From the NCBI RefSeq assembly GCF_006345805.1, contig NC_043003.1:744001-808000 (forward strand): DNA of 64,000 nt. The letters run 5' to 3'. Source of the stretch: Octopus sinensis (taxonomy: Eukaryota). The notes below the pieces were generated by a model. The model was not told where the DNA came from and made no database searches. It saw nothing but the letters and a program-made list of their open reading frames with translations. Shown piece by piece: positions 41,461 to 54,084 of this stretch (positions within the stretch are counted from its first letter, which is position 1; every line of letters begins with the position of its first letter). The translations under genes and the position numbers were made by a program.

Positions 41461-42510
41461 ATTGAATCTCTGTCCAAACCACTTCATGCTTGAATTCTTT
41501 GCAAATTAATTCATGCAAATAAGGCGTTACTCTGTTGGCTTTGTATGCTATGTTTCCATTATTAAATGGATGCTTAATAAAAAGACATTACCATCATCAC
41601 TGTCATCATCATTTAACGTCCACTTTTCCATGCTTGCATGGGTCAGATGGAATTGGTTGAGGCAGATTTTCTACAGTTGGATGCTCTTTCCTTTGGCCAA
41701 TTCTCACCTGTTTCCAAACATGATAATATTTCCCAGTGACCAGACCTGATTTCCCACAGTGGACTAACAATGGATGACATCCTTCGTACGATGGTAATGT
41801 TCATTTAGAACCATCATCAGATATCAAGAGAAGGGCACACACTCTTAGTCTGGGGCTATCGTTGTACTATAGCTCCTGGTTGGCCGCATAGAATAGAACC
41901 TGAGACCACATGGTTGGCCACACAGTCACACCTATACTTATTTCAACAGTAAAAAAAGCCATGTCAAGGAATCACAACATCTACAACATCAATGATTGGT
42001 AGGTTTTTTTTCATTATTATGTTTGTCAGATGCTGGAGATCTATGGTGAGTGCCAAAAATAAAAATAAAAAAAAAAGCAGATGTAAAATGACGATGATGA
42101 TAATGTGATAATACAGAGTACAGTGACCATGAAATATAGTTTGAGTGTTTGTCGGGTGGTGAGGTGGTGGAACCATGACAGTGTTGGGTGGAATGTGTTA
42201 TGTATTGGTTCCAAATCCATATACTCTGAGTTCTAATTCCACCAGGCCAACTTTGCTTTTCATCCCGTCATCATCAGCCCCTAGATATTATTGTCTTGAG
42301 TCCATAGGACAGTTCACCCAGTTTCCATGGGTAACCAAGATCCCAACATCCCCTCCTTCAACAGGATGCCAGTCCTCTGCAGAGTTTCTCATTTAGAGGA
42401 GAGTGGACTGGATTTAAGTGAAACAGTGTATTCTTCTCAAGAACACAACACACCACCTGCTCCAAGAAGCAAAACAATGATCTTGTACTTATGGGCTCAA
42501 CACTCTAGCC

Positions 42511-42736
42511 CAGAGGTTCCCAACAGGGGATCCACATGAGCTTTGGTGGGAGGAAGGCCAGATAGATTATACCTCGACAATAAACAAAATATGTTAACAA
42601 TTTGTCTATACAATTCTTGATAATATTTAATTATAAAAATATAAGATTTTTTAAACATAGCACGGCTCTGAGGGTCCATCTGAGTAGAACAGGAATCAAA
42701 GGGGCCTATAGGTTAAAAAATGGTGGAAAACCATTG
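42511..42736. mobile_element. hAT-like MITE
   Basis: Termini cagaggttcccaac / gtggaaaaccattg; degenerate 8-bp flanks ctctagcc / ttctaact. Confidence 0.6.
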
Positions 42737-42760
42737 TTCTAACTACAAGGTTATATGCAT

Positions 42761-45700
42761 TTAACCCATTGCCTGTCACGAGCCCCATTTGGGGATCTGC
42801 TAAAAAAAAGTCTCACTTCCGGCTGTTCGTTGTATTTAAAGTGAATTGCTTATGGACATTGCATTTGCAGAGGTGGGCTTAACAATATTTAGTCGTTAAA
42901 GTCTGTCCTTATTGGCTCTGGTTAATTCTAGAGGACATTTTATGTCATAAATCGCCATTTGTGAACTACAAAAATATTGACTGTTCTGAAAACGTATTTT
43001 GTTTTGTTTTTGCATTTCCCATTTATATCATTCGTTGATATTTCATTCACCTTCGCATTTCCCATTTATATCATTCGTTGATATTTCATTCACCTTCGCA
43101 TTTCCCATTTATATCATTCGTTGATATTTCATTCACCTTCGCATTTCCCATTTATATCATTCGTTGATATTTCATTCACCTTCGCATTTCCCATTTATAT
43201 CATTCGTTGATATTTCATTCACCTTCGCATTTCCCATTTATATCATTCGTTGATATTTCATTCACCTTCGCATTTCCCATTTATATCATTCGTTGATATT
43301 TCATTCACCTTCGCATTTCCCATTTATATCATTCGTTGATATTTCATTCACCTTCGCATTTCCCATTTATATCATTCGTTGATATTTCATTCACCTTCGC
43401 ATTTCCCATTTATATCATTCGTTGATATTTCATTCACCTTCGCATTTCCCATTTATATCATTCGTTGATATTTCATTCACCTTCGCATTTCCCATTTATA
43501 TCATTCGTTGATATTTCATTCACCTTCGCATTTCCCATTTATATCATTCGTTGATATTTCATTCACCTTCGCATTTCCCATTTATATCATTCGTGATATT
43601 TCATTCACCTTCGCATTTCCCATTTATATCATTCGTTGATATTTCATTCACCTTCGCATTTCCCATTATATCATTCGTTGATATTTCATTCACCTTCGCA
43701 TTTCCATTTATATCATTCGTTGATATTTCATTCACCTTCGCATTTCCCATTTATATCATTCGTTGATATTTCATTCACCTTCGCATTTCCCATTTATATC
43801 ATTCGTTGATATTTCATTCACCTTCGCATTTCCCATTTATATCATTCGTTGATATTTCATTCACCTTCGCATTTCCATTTATATCATTCGTTGATATTTC
43901 ATTCACCTTCGCATTTCCCATTTATATCATTCGTTGATATTTCATTCACCTTCGCATTTCCCATTTATATCATTCGTTGATATTTCATTCACCTTCGCAT
44001 TTCCCATTTATATCATTCGTTGATATTTCATTCACCTTCGCATTTCCCATTTATATCATTCGTTGATATTTCATTCACCTTCGCATTTCCCATTTATATC
44101 ATTCGTTGATATTTCATTCACCTTCGCATTTCCCATTTATATCATTCGTTGATATTTCATTCACCTTCGCATTTCCCATTTATATCATTCGTTGATATTT
44201 CATTCACCTTCGCATTTCCCATTTATATCATTCGTTGATATTTCATTCACCTTCGCATTTCCCATTTATATCATTCGTTGATATTTCATTCACCTTCGCA
44301 TTTCCCATTTATATCATTCGTTGATATTTCATTCACCTTCGCATTTCCCATTTATATCATTCGTTGATATTTCATTCACCTTCGCATTTCCCATTTATAT
44401 CATTCGTTGATATTTCATTCACCTTCGCATTTCCCATTTATATCATTCGTTGATATTTCATTCACCTTCGCATTTCCCATTTATATCATTCGTTGATATT
44501 TCATTCACCTTCGCATTTCCCATTTATATCATTCGTTGATATTTCATTCACCTTCGCATTTCCCATTTATATCATTCGTTGATATTTCATTCACCTTCGC
44601 ATTTCCCATTTATATCATTCGTTGATATTCATTCACCTTCGCATTTCCCATTTATATCATTCGTTGATATTTCATTCACCTTCGCATTTCCCATTTATAT
44701 CATTCGTTGATATTTCATTCACCTTCGCATTTCCCATTTATATCATTCGTTGATATTTCATTCACCTTCGCATTTCCATTTATATCATTCGTTGATATTT
44801 CATTCACCTTCGCATTTCCCATTTATATCATTCGTTGATATTTCATTCACCTTCGCATTTCCCATTTATATCATTCGTTGATATTTCATTCACCTTCGCA
44901 TTTCCATTTATATCATTCGTTGATATTTCATTCACCTTCGCATTTCCCATTTATATCATTCGTTGATATTTCATTCACCTTCGCATTTCCCATTTATCAT
45001 TCGTTGATATTTCATTCACCTTCGCATTTCCCATTTATATCATTCGTTGATATTTCATTCACCTTCGCATTTCCCATTTATATCATTCGTTGATATTTCA
45101 TTCACCTTCGCATTTCCCATTTATATCATTCGTTGATATTTCATTCACCTTCGCATTTCCCATTTATATCATTCGTTGATATTTCATTCACCTTCGCATT
45201 TCCCATTTATATCATTCGTTGATATTTCATTCACCTTCGCATTTCCCATTTATATCATTCGTTGATATTTCATTCACCTTCGCATTTCCCATTTATATCA
45301 TTCGTTGATATTTCATTCACCTTCGCATTTCCCATTATATCATTCGTTGATATTTCATTCACCTTCGCATTTCCCATTATATCATTCGTTGATATTTCAT
45401 TCACCTTCGCATTTCCCATTTATATCATTCGTTGATATTTCATTCACCTTCGCATTTCCCATTTATATCATTCGTTGATATTTCATTCACCTTCGCATTT
45501 CCCATTTATATCATTCGTTGATATTTCATTCACCTTCGCATTTCCCATTATATCATTCGTTGATATTTCATTCACCTTCGCATTTCCCATTTATATCATT
45601 CGTTGATATTTCATTCACCTTCGCATTTCCCATTTATATCATTCGTTGATATTTCATTCACCTTCGCATTTCCCATTTATATCATTCGTTGATATTTCAT

Positions 45701-46550
45701 TCACCTTCGCATTTCCCATTTATATCATTCGTTGATATTTCATTCACCTTCGCATTTCCCATTTATATCATTCGTTGATATTTCATTCACCTTCGCATTT
45801 CCCATTTATATCATTCGTTGATATTTCATTCACCTTCGCATTTCCCATTTATCATTCGTTGATATTTCATTCACCTTCGCATTTCCCATTTATATCATTC
45901 GTTGATATTTCATTCACCTTCGCATTTCCCATTTATATCATTCGTTGATATTTCATTCACCTTCGCATTTCCCATTTATATCATTCGTTGATATTTCATT
46001 CACCTTCGCATTTCCCATTATATCATTCGTTGATATTTCATTCACCTTCGCATTTCCCATTTATATCATTCGTTGATATTTCATTCACCTTCGCATTTCC
46101 CATTTATATCATTCGTTGATATTTCATTCACCTTCGCATTTCCCATTATATCATTCGTTGTTGATATTTCATTCACCTTCGCATTTCCCATTTATATCAT
46201 TCGTTGATATTTCATTCACCTTCGCATTTCCCATTTATATCATTCGTTGATATTTCATTCACCTTCGCATTTCCCATTTATATCATTCGTTGATATTTCA
46301 TTCACCTTCGCATTTGATTCTACAGTTTCAAAAAAAAAAAAAACTAAAATGTTTATTATTGCAATTGAATAGAAAAGGATAAATGTGTTTGTTTTTCAGT
46401 GATCCCCATTTGGGACTTTTCCAAAAATTTATAATTTCCAAAATAATTCATATATGAAGAAAATTTAAATACTATATATTATTCTAACTCCTAAGAAACC
46501 TGGCAAAGCCAAAAAATATGAGTAAAAAAATTTGACAGTTAACGGGTAAA
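42761..46550. mobile_element. Non-autonomous piggyBac-like element carrying a satellite array
   Basis: TTAA(42761)-cccattgcctgtca ... tgacagttaacggg-TAAA(46547), an 11/14 inverted match; subterminal inverted pair agccccatttggggatc (42781) / gatccccatttgggact (46401). Confidence 0.7.
43012..46315. repeat. 43-bp tandem satellite, about 77 copies
   Basis: Unit gcatttcccatttatatcattcgttgatatttcattcaccttc; differences are almost only 1-3 nt indels. Confidence 0.98.
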
Positions 46551-49500
46551 GGGCAACAGCAAAAATATAATAATTTCCAATCTCAGGTAGTGTACAGGTG
46601 GGGTTGTTATAGTGTTGGACAGATATCTTGTGATATCTGTTCCACCTCTATATATTCTAAATTCAAAATGCCATCTTATCATTACAAAATGGTAAATCTT
46701 TTGTCTAAAATTGCAGCCAAACAGATAATATCACCAATTTGCAAAATCAAAAGAAACATTGTTTCCTTGGTTTGATTGGAATGACCAACCACCACCAGGT
46801 GTCTCTCATCTTTGAAATGTATTTTTCATAGAATATTATTAATGCTGCAAACAATAAGCTCCATCTTTATCTTTTATTTTGCATCCAATTCTATAGAATC
46901 CTTCACAGGACATTTTCTTATTTACAAGAAATTCATCTTAGAGTTCAAAAGAAGTGTTTTGAGCTCAGACATTGCTTTTGGCTTTTCCCCTGCGTTTCGA
47001 TACGTTTTCCTTCTGGTAGCATTTCAAAGAGATGTTTGGAAGCTTTTGAAGTTGGAATTCTTTGATATCAACTGCAATTTTAGAGAAACTTTTCCCCGTT
47101 TGATGTTTATCTTCCATAGTGATCAACCTGTTTAGGCTTATTTGGATATATTTAGCTAGATTGCAGTGTATTGAGTCCCTGTTCATCATTTGCTTTCCTG
47201 ATCTACATCGGCCTCAGAATGGTGAGAAGCTTCCTTGTTTTTATCCATCAGGCTTCTTGAGCTGTTCCATCTTCCATCCAAAGAGACAAACTTTACAGCA
47301 ATGCTGGCACTGGTGGACCAATGTACATAAGAATTTTATTTTGAAAGCATAAAGTTAAGAACTAAGTATATGTGAATAAATATCAGCATCGTCCCCGTAA
47401 CTTAGTGGTTCGGCAAAAGAGACCGATAGAATAAGTACCAGGCTTCCAAAGAATAAGTCCTGGGGCCAATTTGCTCGACTAAAAGGTGGTGCTCCAGCAT
47501 GGCTACAGTCACATGACTGAAACAAGTAAAAGAGTAAAGAAAGTAAAGAGTATCATTAAAGCTCCCTTTTAAAATATGCTTACATAGGGGCAGATGAAAT
47601 TTGTTGAGGCAGGGTTTTCTATGGCCAGATGCCCTTCTTGTTAGGTGATATCTCCCATGGGCAGATATCATAAAATATCTTTTTTATCTTAGAATATTGT
47701 TTGTCTAGACTTTCATAAATTTCATAATTCCAAGGTGTTTGTTGTATACCTCAAAATATACCTCATTCTGAACAAGGTCCTAGGTAATATTCTCCTTGTC
47801 CACCAGGATGTTAAAACATTTGTCAAATTCTAACTTTATTTTATGGTGCTAAAGTTTCTTCCTGAATGACTTGAGCTCATTCATGTACAGCAGATGGCCA
47901 ACAAGCTAGTTTTTCTCACCTGCTAAACCTGAATTTCTTCTGTTATGTTTCTCAGTGGTATGAGCGCTAGACAGAAATATAGTGAGGCCAAGGATTCACT
48001 CTAGAAGATGGCTTAAACAACCATTGTCAATAATCTCTTTACTATTTTTATCATTATTCATTCCCTAAACAATGAAGAAATGAATAGAGGAGAGCAAGTT
48101 GCGGTGCAGGTAACCCATCAAGGAGAGAGCAGAAACCTTAAAAACTGATATTGTGTAGAGGGAAGTATTTGGTCCTGTTGAAGACAAATATCTTCCAGTT
48201 TCTGTCGCATGGTAAAATGTAGCCAGTCATCATCACCATCATCATCATCAAACATCCATTTTTCCATGCTGGCATGGGTTGGACATATTGACAAGAGTCA
48301 GGTGATTTGCAGAGTTGCATCAGACCCAAATGTCAGCTTTAGCATGGTTCCTGTGGCTGGATACCCTTCCTAAGGCCAACCGCTTTACAAAGTGTACTGG
48401 GTACTTTTCTTGTGACATCACACTAGTGACGTTGTCAAATAACTTGCAAGACAAAATAAAGAAATGAAAAGGACCCCTTGATATAATAAAAGAAGATCAG
48501 GTGTCTTGTTAGAGAGGAGATACCTGACTACCCTGTCTTGATTTCATGAGTTTTTAATTAAAATCTTCCACCAAACCTTAGTCACGATTTATGTTCCTAA
48601 CATTAGATTAATGATAACTAAGTTATGTTACTAAATTCTTTTTGTTATATTTAAAATTAATTGAAAGAACCTCGGAGTATCTCAACAGAAATACGGTAAT
48701 GAAAGGGTTACGAAAACAATCACACAACAACAAAGATAGACTTGCAGTTTATTCAATTGCTTTATGTGTCAGATGAGAGAAGCCCTGATAAGTGATGAGA
48801 TGCTATCAGCTGCACCCAAGTCATGAAGAGGATGATAATAGAATGATTATGAGAGAATGATATGCCTTAAATATTTCTGTCTCCGAAGGTAATGAGATGT
48901 TAGAATTGTTAGCATGCCAGGTGAGATGCTTAGTTTTACATTCTGAGTTTAAATGCCTTTGAGGCTGACTTTGCCCTTCATCCTTTTGGAGTCGATAAAA
49001 TAAGCGCCAGTCAAACACTGGGTTGATATGATCAACTTACCCCCTCCCCTGAAATTGCTGGCCTTGTGCCAAAATTTGAAACTGATATTTCTGTCACAGT
49101 TCCTCAGAGAACAAGCAGGTTTGCATAAACTATCAAAATCTTTCAAGTATCTCAGCTGCCCTCCAAATAATTATATCTCCTGAATTATTAAGCTCTATTA
49201 ATAGTCAGCTGCACTTTTTAGAAACTGCTACTAACTGTCTCTTCTTAATTATCAGTTCTCAGTAGGATGGTAAGCTGCACTTTTTGAAATGCATTCAGCT
49301 GCATCGCTGGAGGAGGTTTTCAACCACTTCACCAAAGACAGTATTTCATCAACGTCTATTTAGATGTATCTGTGTGCACACGACAGCGTGTAACGGAAAC
49401 CTAGCAACTGGACACCTCACCCACCCACCCACATCAAGAGTGTGATTACTATTAATAAAGTATATACATATATATACATATGTGCCTGTACCAAGTAAAA

Positions 49501-49946
49501 AGCACCCAGTACACTCGGTGAAGCGGTTGGTGTTATGAAGGGCATCCAGCTGTCGAAGCCAAACCAGGAGCAGACATTCGGACATGCCTCAGTCTTTTGT
49601 ATTGTCGGCTCCTGTTAAGCCATCCAACCATTGCTAGAATGGAAAATAGACATTAACCGATCATGTTAATGATTGTGTGTGTGTGTGTGTGAGAGAGAGA
49701 GTTATTTTTTAATCAATGCTCTTAGTTATACTAATCTGTAATAAATCTATGTGCCCCGCTTATAATTAAGGGGTTTCTTACTCAAAAGTCCTCTCTTTAG
49801 CTCAGGGGTCAGCAACAGGGTGGCCATGGACCTTTGCTAAAAGTTTTCCTAAAGTTTAATGTATTTCAATGTATTTAAGCAATTTAAGGCTTCTAGAAGG
49901 TCTTCTGTGTCATCAGGATTTGTTTAATACATATTGCCAACATTAT

Positions 49947-50237
49947 GAAGGCGTGTGGCTTAGTGGTTAGGGCGTTCAGCTCATGAATGTAAGGTCATGA
50001 GTTCAATTCCTGAGCAAAACAATTTATTTCATGTTGCTCCAGTCCACTCACCTGGCAAAAATGAGTAGTACCTGTATTTCAAAGGGCTGGCCTTGTTACA
50101 CACTGTGTCACGCTGAATCTCCCTGAGAACTACATTAAGGGTACACATGTCTGTGGAGTGCTCAGCCACTTGCCCGTTAACTTCACAAGCGAGCTGTTCC
50201 ATTGATTGTATCAGCTGGGACTCTCATCATCATAACC
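49947..50237 (+). mobile_element. tRNA-derived SINE family C inside an hAT-like MITE (about 49803-50274)
   Basis: gcgtgtggcttagtggttagggcg...gagttcaattcc head; outer termini caggggtcagcaac / ggttgagaaccacag. Confidence 0.7.
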
Positions 50238-51338
50238 CATAATGGGTCAATTGGACCCTGGTTGAGAACCACAGTTCTAACCCATGCTAATATGGAAAAT
50301 GGACATTAAATGGTGATAAGCTTATAACCTACAAAATCCAAACCAAAACACAGGAATGGAAGTGTGACAATTTCAAAGACTGGAGTTGATTTATAAAGGC
50401 TTATATCTTTCCTTTTTTTTTAATATAAATATTTGTTTTTATAGGCAGTTGAGTAAGACATGTGTACTCTAGAGCAAGTTTTCTCCAGCATGCTGCAGGT
50501 ATTATTAAACTGTTTAAACAGATACACCCCAGTGTAACAAATACCCAACTTTATATAATTCTCCAGAGTTAGTCTGGTTTATGATCTGCTAAAGTCTGTT
50601 GAATATCTCAAGAGAATTATTTGTTTGAGGATAAAGTTTCATATTTGAGTTGCCTTAGTTTTTCTGTCAGGTCGAAGGTTTGTATACAATCTTACAATAT
50701 TTCTGAATTAATGATTTTTATCTGTTATTTAGCACATGACCTCACGACATTATGTGAACTTTAACCCAGAGATTAGAAATTTAATTTATGAATTTCGGAG
50801 GTTTTTTTAGTCTCGGTGGAATGCAGCTTTTAAAGTTTTTGCATAGAGACTAATTAATGTACTAAAAATGTCTAAAATTACATAACGAGTGACGAGGTTT
50901 TTAGTCTGCAGCCTCATAATTTTGGGAGGAACTACATCCTCAACATTTTCTTTGTAGGTGAAGGCATGGCTGTGTGGTTAAGAAGCTCACTTTGTGATCA
51001 TTTAGTTTTTGGTTCAGTCCCACTGTGCGGCACCCCAGGCAAGTGTCTACCATTACAGCCCCAGGCCAACCAATGCCCTGTGAGTAGATTTGCTTGGCAG
51101 AAACTGTGTGGAAGCCCATTGCATTCATAATTTTCTTCATCAAGAATATTACTGACAGTAACTTCGAATTTTTTGCCAGTTAAGCCATCATCAGAAGCAG
51201 GCAGAAACTGGGTGAAATTTCAGAGCTGCTCTCAATGATACTCTTGTCTAATAAATGTGTACAAAAATGGAGAGTACCTCACCAAATTAATGTAAAAGTA
51301 TCTTTTTATTATAACTGAACATAGAAACAAACATTAAA

Positions 51339-51408
<70 letters not shown>

Positions 51409-51520
51409 TATAGTGTTTGTTTATATGTTCAATTGTAATAAAAAAACATACATACATATTTCGTTTTGGGATTTGGTTTTCAAGATTCTTTATGTGAGTT
51501 CATGTATTGAAGCATTTTCT

Positions 51521-51590
51521 GTTGTGTCTGGGGAGAGTCATTCTCTGGAGAGAAAGGCACTAAAAGAGAATGACTCTCCCCAGACACAAC
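51521..51590. repeat. Perfect 26-bp inverted repeat with an 18-nt loop, abutting (TA)n
   Basis: gttgtgtctggggagagtcattctct / agagaatgactctccccagacacaac. Confidence 0.92.
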
Positions 51591-51684
51591 TATATATATA
51601 TATATTATATATATATGCTTTCAGTGCAAATAGTTTTTTTTTTATTACGGCACCATGATTTACAATCCCGTAAATAATAATAAT

Positions 51685-51904
51685 GTATTTTTATATAAGC
51701 GTAAAGCTTACAGCGATCACCGTGCAATGATCAAGGAAAATAGTCTAATAAAGGGGCATATAAGCCCTTGACAGAAAAAAAGAAGACTTTCCTATCTGCA
51801 AGAAAGCCTTTTTTCTGTCAAGGGCTTATATGCCCCTTTATTAGACTATTTTCCTTGATCATTGCACGGTGATCGCTGTAAGCTTTGGGCTTATATAAAA
51901 ATAC
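51685..51904. repeat. Long fold-back palindrome, arms about 96 bp
   Basis: 51685-51780 is the reverse complement of 51809-51904 with two mismatches seen; right arm ends at a TA/TATG tract. Confidence 0.95.
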
Positions 51905-52524
51905 TATATATGTATGTATGTATGTGTGTATGTATGTATGTGTGTATATGTATGTATGTATGTATATGTATGTATGTATGTATGTGTGTATGTATCTGTA
52001 TTTTCCCCCACCACCATTTGACAACCAAAGTTGGTTTGTTTATATTCCTGTAACTTAACAGTTCAGCATAAGAGTCCGATAGACTAAGTACCAGACTTAA
52101 AAACAAGTCCTTGGATTGAATTGTTTGCCTAAACCTTTCAAGGCAGTGCTCCAGCATGGCTGCAGTTGAAAAACTGAAACAAATAAAAGATAAAAGACCA
52201 AGGGTTAGGGTGCTGCACCCATGATTACAAGACCCCTAGTTTGACCCCTAGATCAGAGTTGTATTCTTCATTTCCCATTGCTCCAGTTCAGTCAGCTGTA
52301 AGCAAATAGCCCTGCAAATGGACTAGCTACTTGTCCAGGGGTAATGTTGTGATCTCAGCCACTTCTATGCCATGGGAACTGGGCAACTGGTCCTATAAGC
52401 CCTAGGACTTGAGACAACAATGTCCAAAGATTGATGAGGATATGTCTCTTTAGGGTCTGAGTTCAAATGCCTTTTGTCTTTTCAGGGTTGATATGAAAGT
52501 TGATTGAAATGTCTATAGCCCCAC

Positions 52525-52800
52525 ACACCATTACACACAGATAGAGAGATCAAGGCTAATTGGCTAGATATTGTTGCCAAGAACCACTTTGAATACATCA
52601 TTACACATGGAAAGAGAGATCAATGCTAACATGCCAGATATTGTTGCCAAGAACCACTATGAAAAAAATACTTTCTAACTGTCATATCAATCCCTACAGA
52701 TATCAGTGTATCTCTGTGAAACAGTGGAACTCTCAAAATACAAAGATTTGGAAATAGAGATAACCCAAATGTGTAGCTTGAAGATAGAAAGAATCCCTAA
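52525..52800 (+). pseudogene. Degenerate restriction-like endonuclease region of an R4/Dong-clade LINE, with a roughly 70-bp internal duplication
   Basis: LHTDREIKANWLDIVAKNH, then EREINANMPDIVAKNH...ISIPTD...LSKYKDLEIEITQM, matching the HTDREIKANRPDIV...KYKDLEIE pattern. Confidence 0.7.
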
Positions 52801-53084
52801 AAGATGATTTAGGTATGGCCAAAAACATACATAAAAATACATAACCAAAACCCTAGGACTTTGATTGGCTTTGAATTGGCCTGAAGTTATAGCAGAAGGC
52901 ACTTACCCAAGGTGGCACACAGTGGGACTGAATCCCAAACCATGTGGTTGGGTAGCAATCATCTTAACCACACATCCACACACATCATTATTATCATAAA
53001 ACTGTTTAAGATGCAAATATTGTACCACAGCCATCATCAAGCTGAAATGTAGAACAGATAAATTTGTTATAAACTGTTTTCTCT

Positions 53085-53230
53085 TTATTGATAATATTTT
53101 CCTCCAAAGAAGTCTACTTCCTAGAAACGCTGGCTTCTGAATTTCACATATGAAAGGTTTACTTGGCACTTTTTCAAGTTTTCTATTTTCCAATGTTTCT
53201 ATAATTACAGACGACGTTTGTGCGTCCATA
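53085..53230 (-). pseudogene. Degenerate C-terminus of an R4/Dong-clade LINE ORF
   Basis: VIIETLENRKLEKVPSKPFICEIQKPAFLGSRLLWRKILSI resembles the EIQKxALLGTAHILRKxLS terminus. Confidence 0.5.
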
Positions 53231-53494
53231 TTTCTTTCACTTCTTTGCTATTTCTATTTCCCTGGATTTATATTTGGAGAAGGGGAGAGCTTGTGGCTTA
53301 GTGGTTAGGCTGTTGAACTCATAATTGTAAGATTGCGGTTTTGATTCCCAGACTGGGCAGTGCATTGTGTTCTTGAGCAAGACACTTCATTCCATGTTGC
53401 TCCAGTTCATTCAACTGTAAATGGATGTCAGTATTAGGTGGAAAGTTAGCCTTGGAATGGACCAGCATTCTGCTGCAGGGAATTGGGTGTAATC

Positions 53495-53764
53495 TTAACC
53501 CTTTTGTTACCATATTTCTGTTGAGATGCTCTGTGTTTCCTTCAATTAATTTTAAATAAAAAATAATAATAATAATGAAATTATTGTATATAGTGCTCAG
53601 GTGCACCACAACTAAATATAACAAAGAATTTCATAAGCTAGTTTTAGGAACATAAATTGTGACTAAGTTTTGGTGGCAGATTTTAATTCAAAACTTATGG
53701 AAACAAGACATTTGTACTACAGAGCCAAAAGCGGTTTCAGCCAGGTTGGTATTAAAAGGGTTAA
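53495..53764. mobile_element. piggyBac-like (TTAA) MITE inserted in a SINE
   Basis: ttaa-cccttttgttacca ... tggtattaaaaggg-ttaa; reverse complement of the 16417-16648 family. Confidence 0.85.
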
Positions 53765-54084
53765 TCTCTTAAATGCCATGTAAATCAGATTAATTTCCAG
53801 CCTTATGAGTCCTGGGGTGAATAACAGGCCAAAGAAGCGGATATATGGAGAGGAATTTCAACTTCCTTCACAGAGATGTTATTGTTTGTTGAGCAAGCTA
53901 CGGCCGGCATTTTGTCGGTCACAGTGATGAGGGATCCAGTCAATCCAACCAACAAAACATGCAAGTGGCTGAGCACTCCACAGACACATGGACTCCTAAT
54001 GTAGTTCCCAGAAGAGGTTCAGCATAATAAAGAATGTGACAGGCTGGCCCCTTTCAATTACAGGTTCCACTCATTTTTGCCAGG

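Noticed and set aside
43012-46315. Possible CRISPR array
   Set aside because: Units are head-to-tail with no unique spacers, there are no cas genes, and the context is eukaryotic.
46560-48100. Unique region with broken minus-strand reading frames
   Set aside because: It may be an old transposon fossil, but I found no diagnostic motif.
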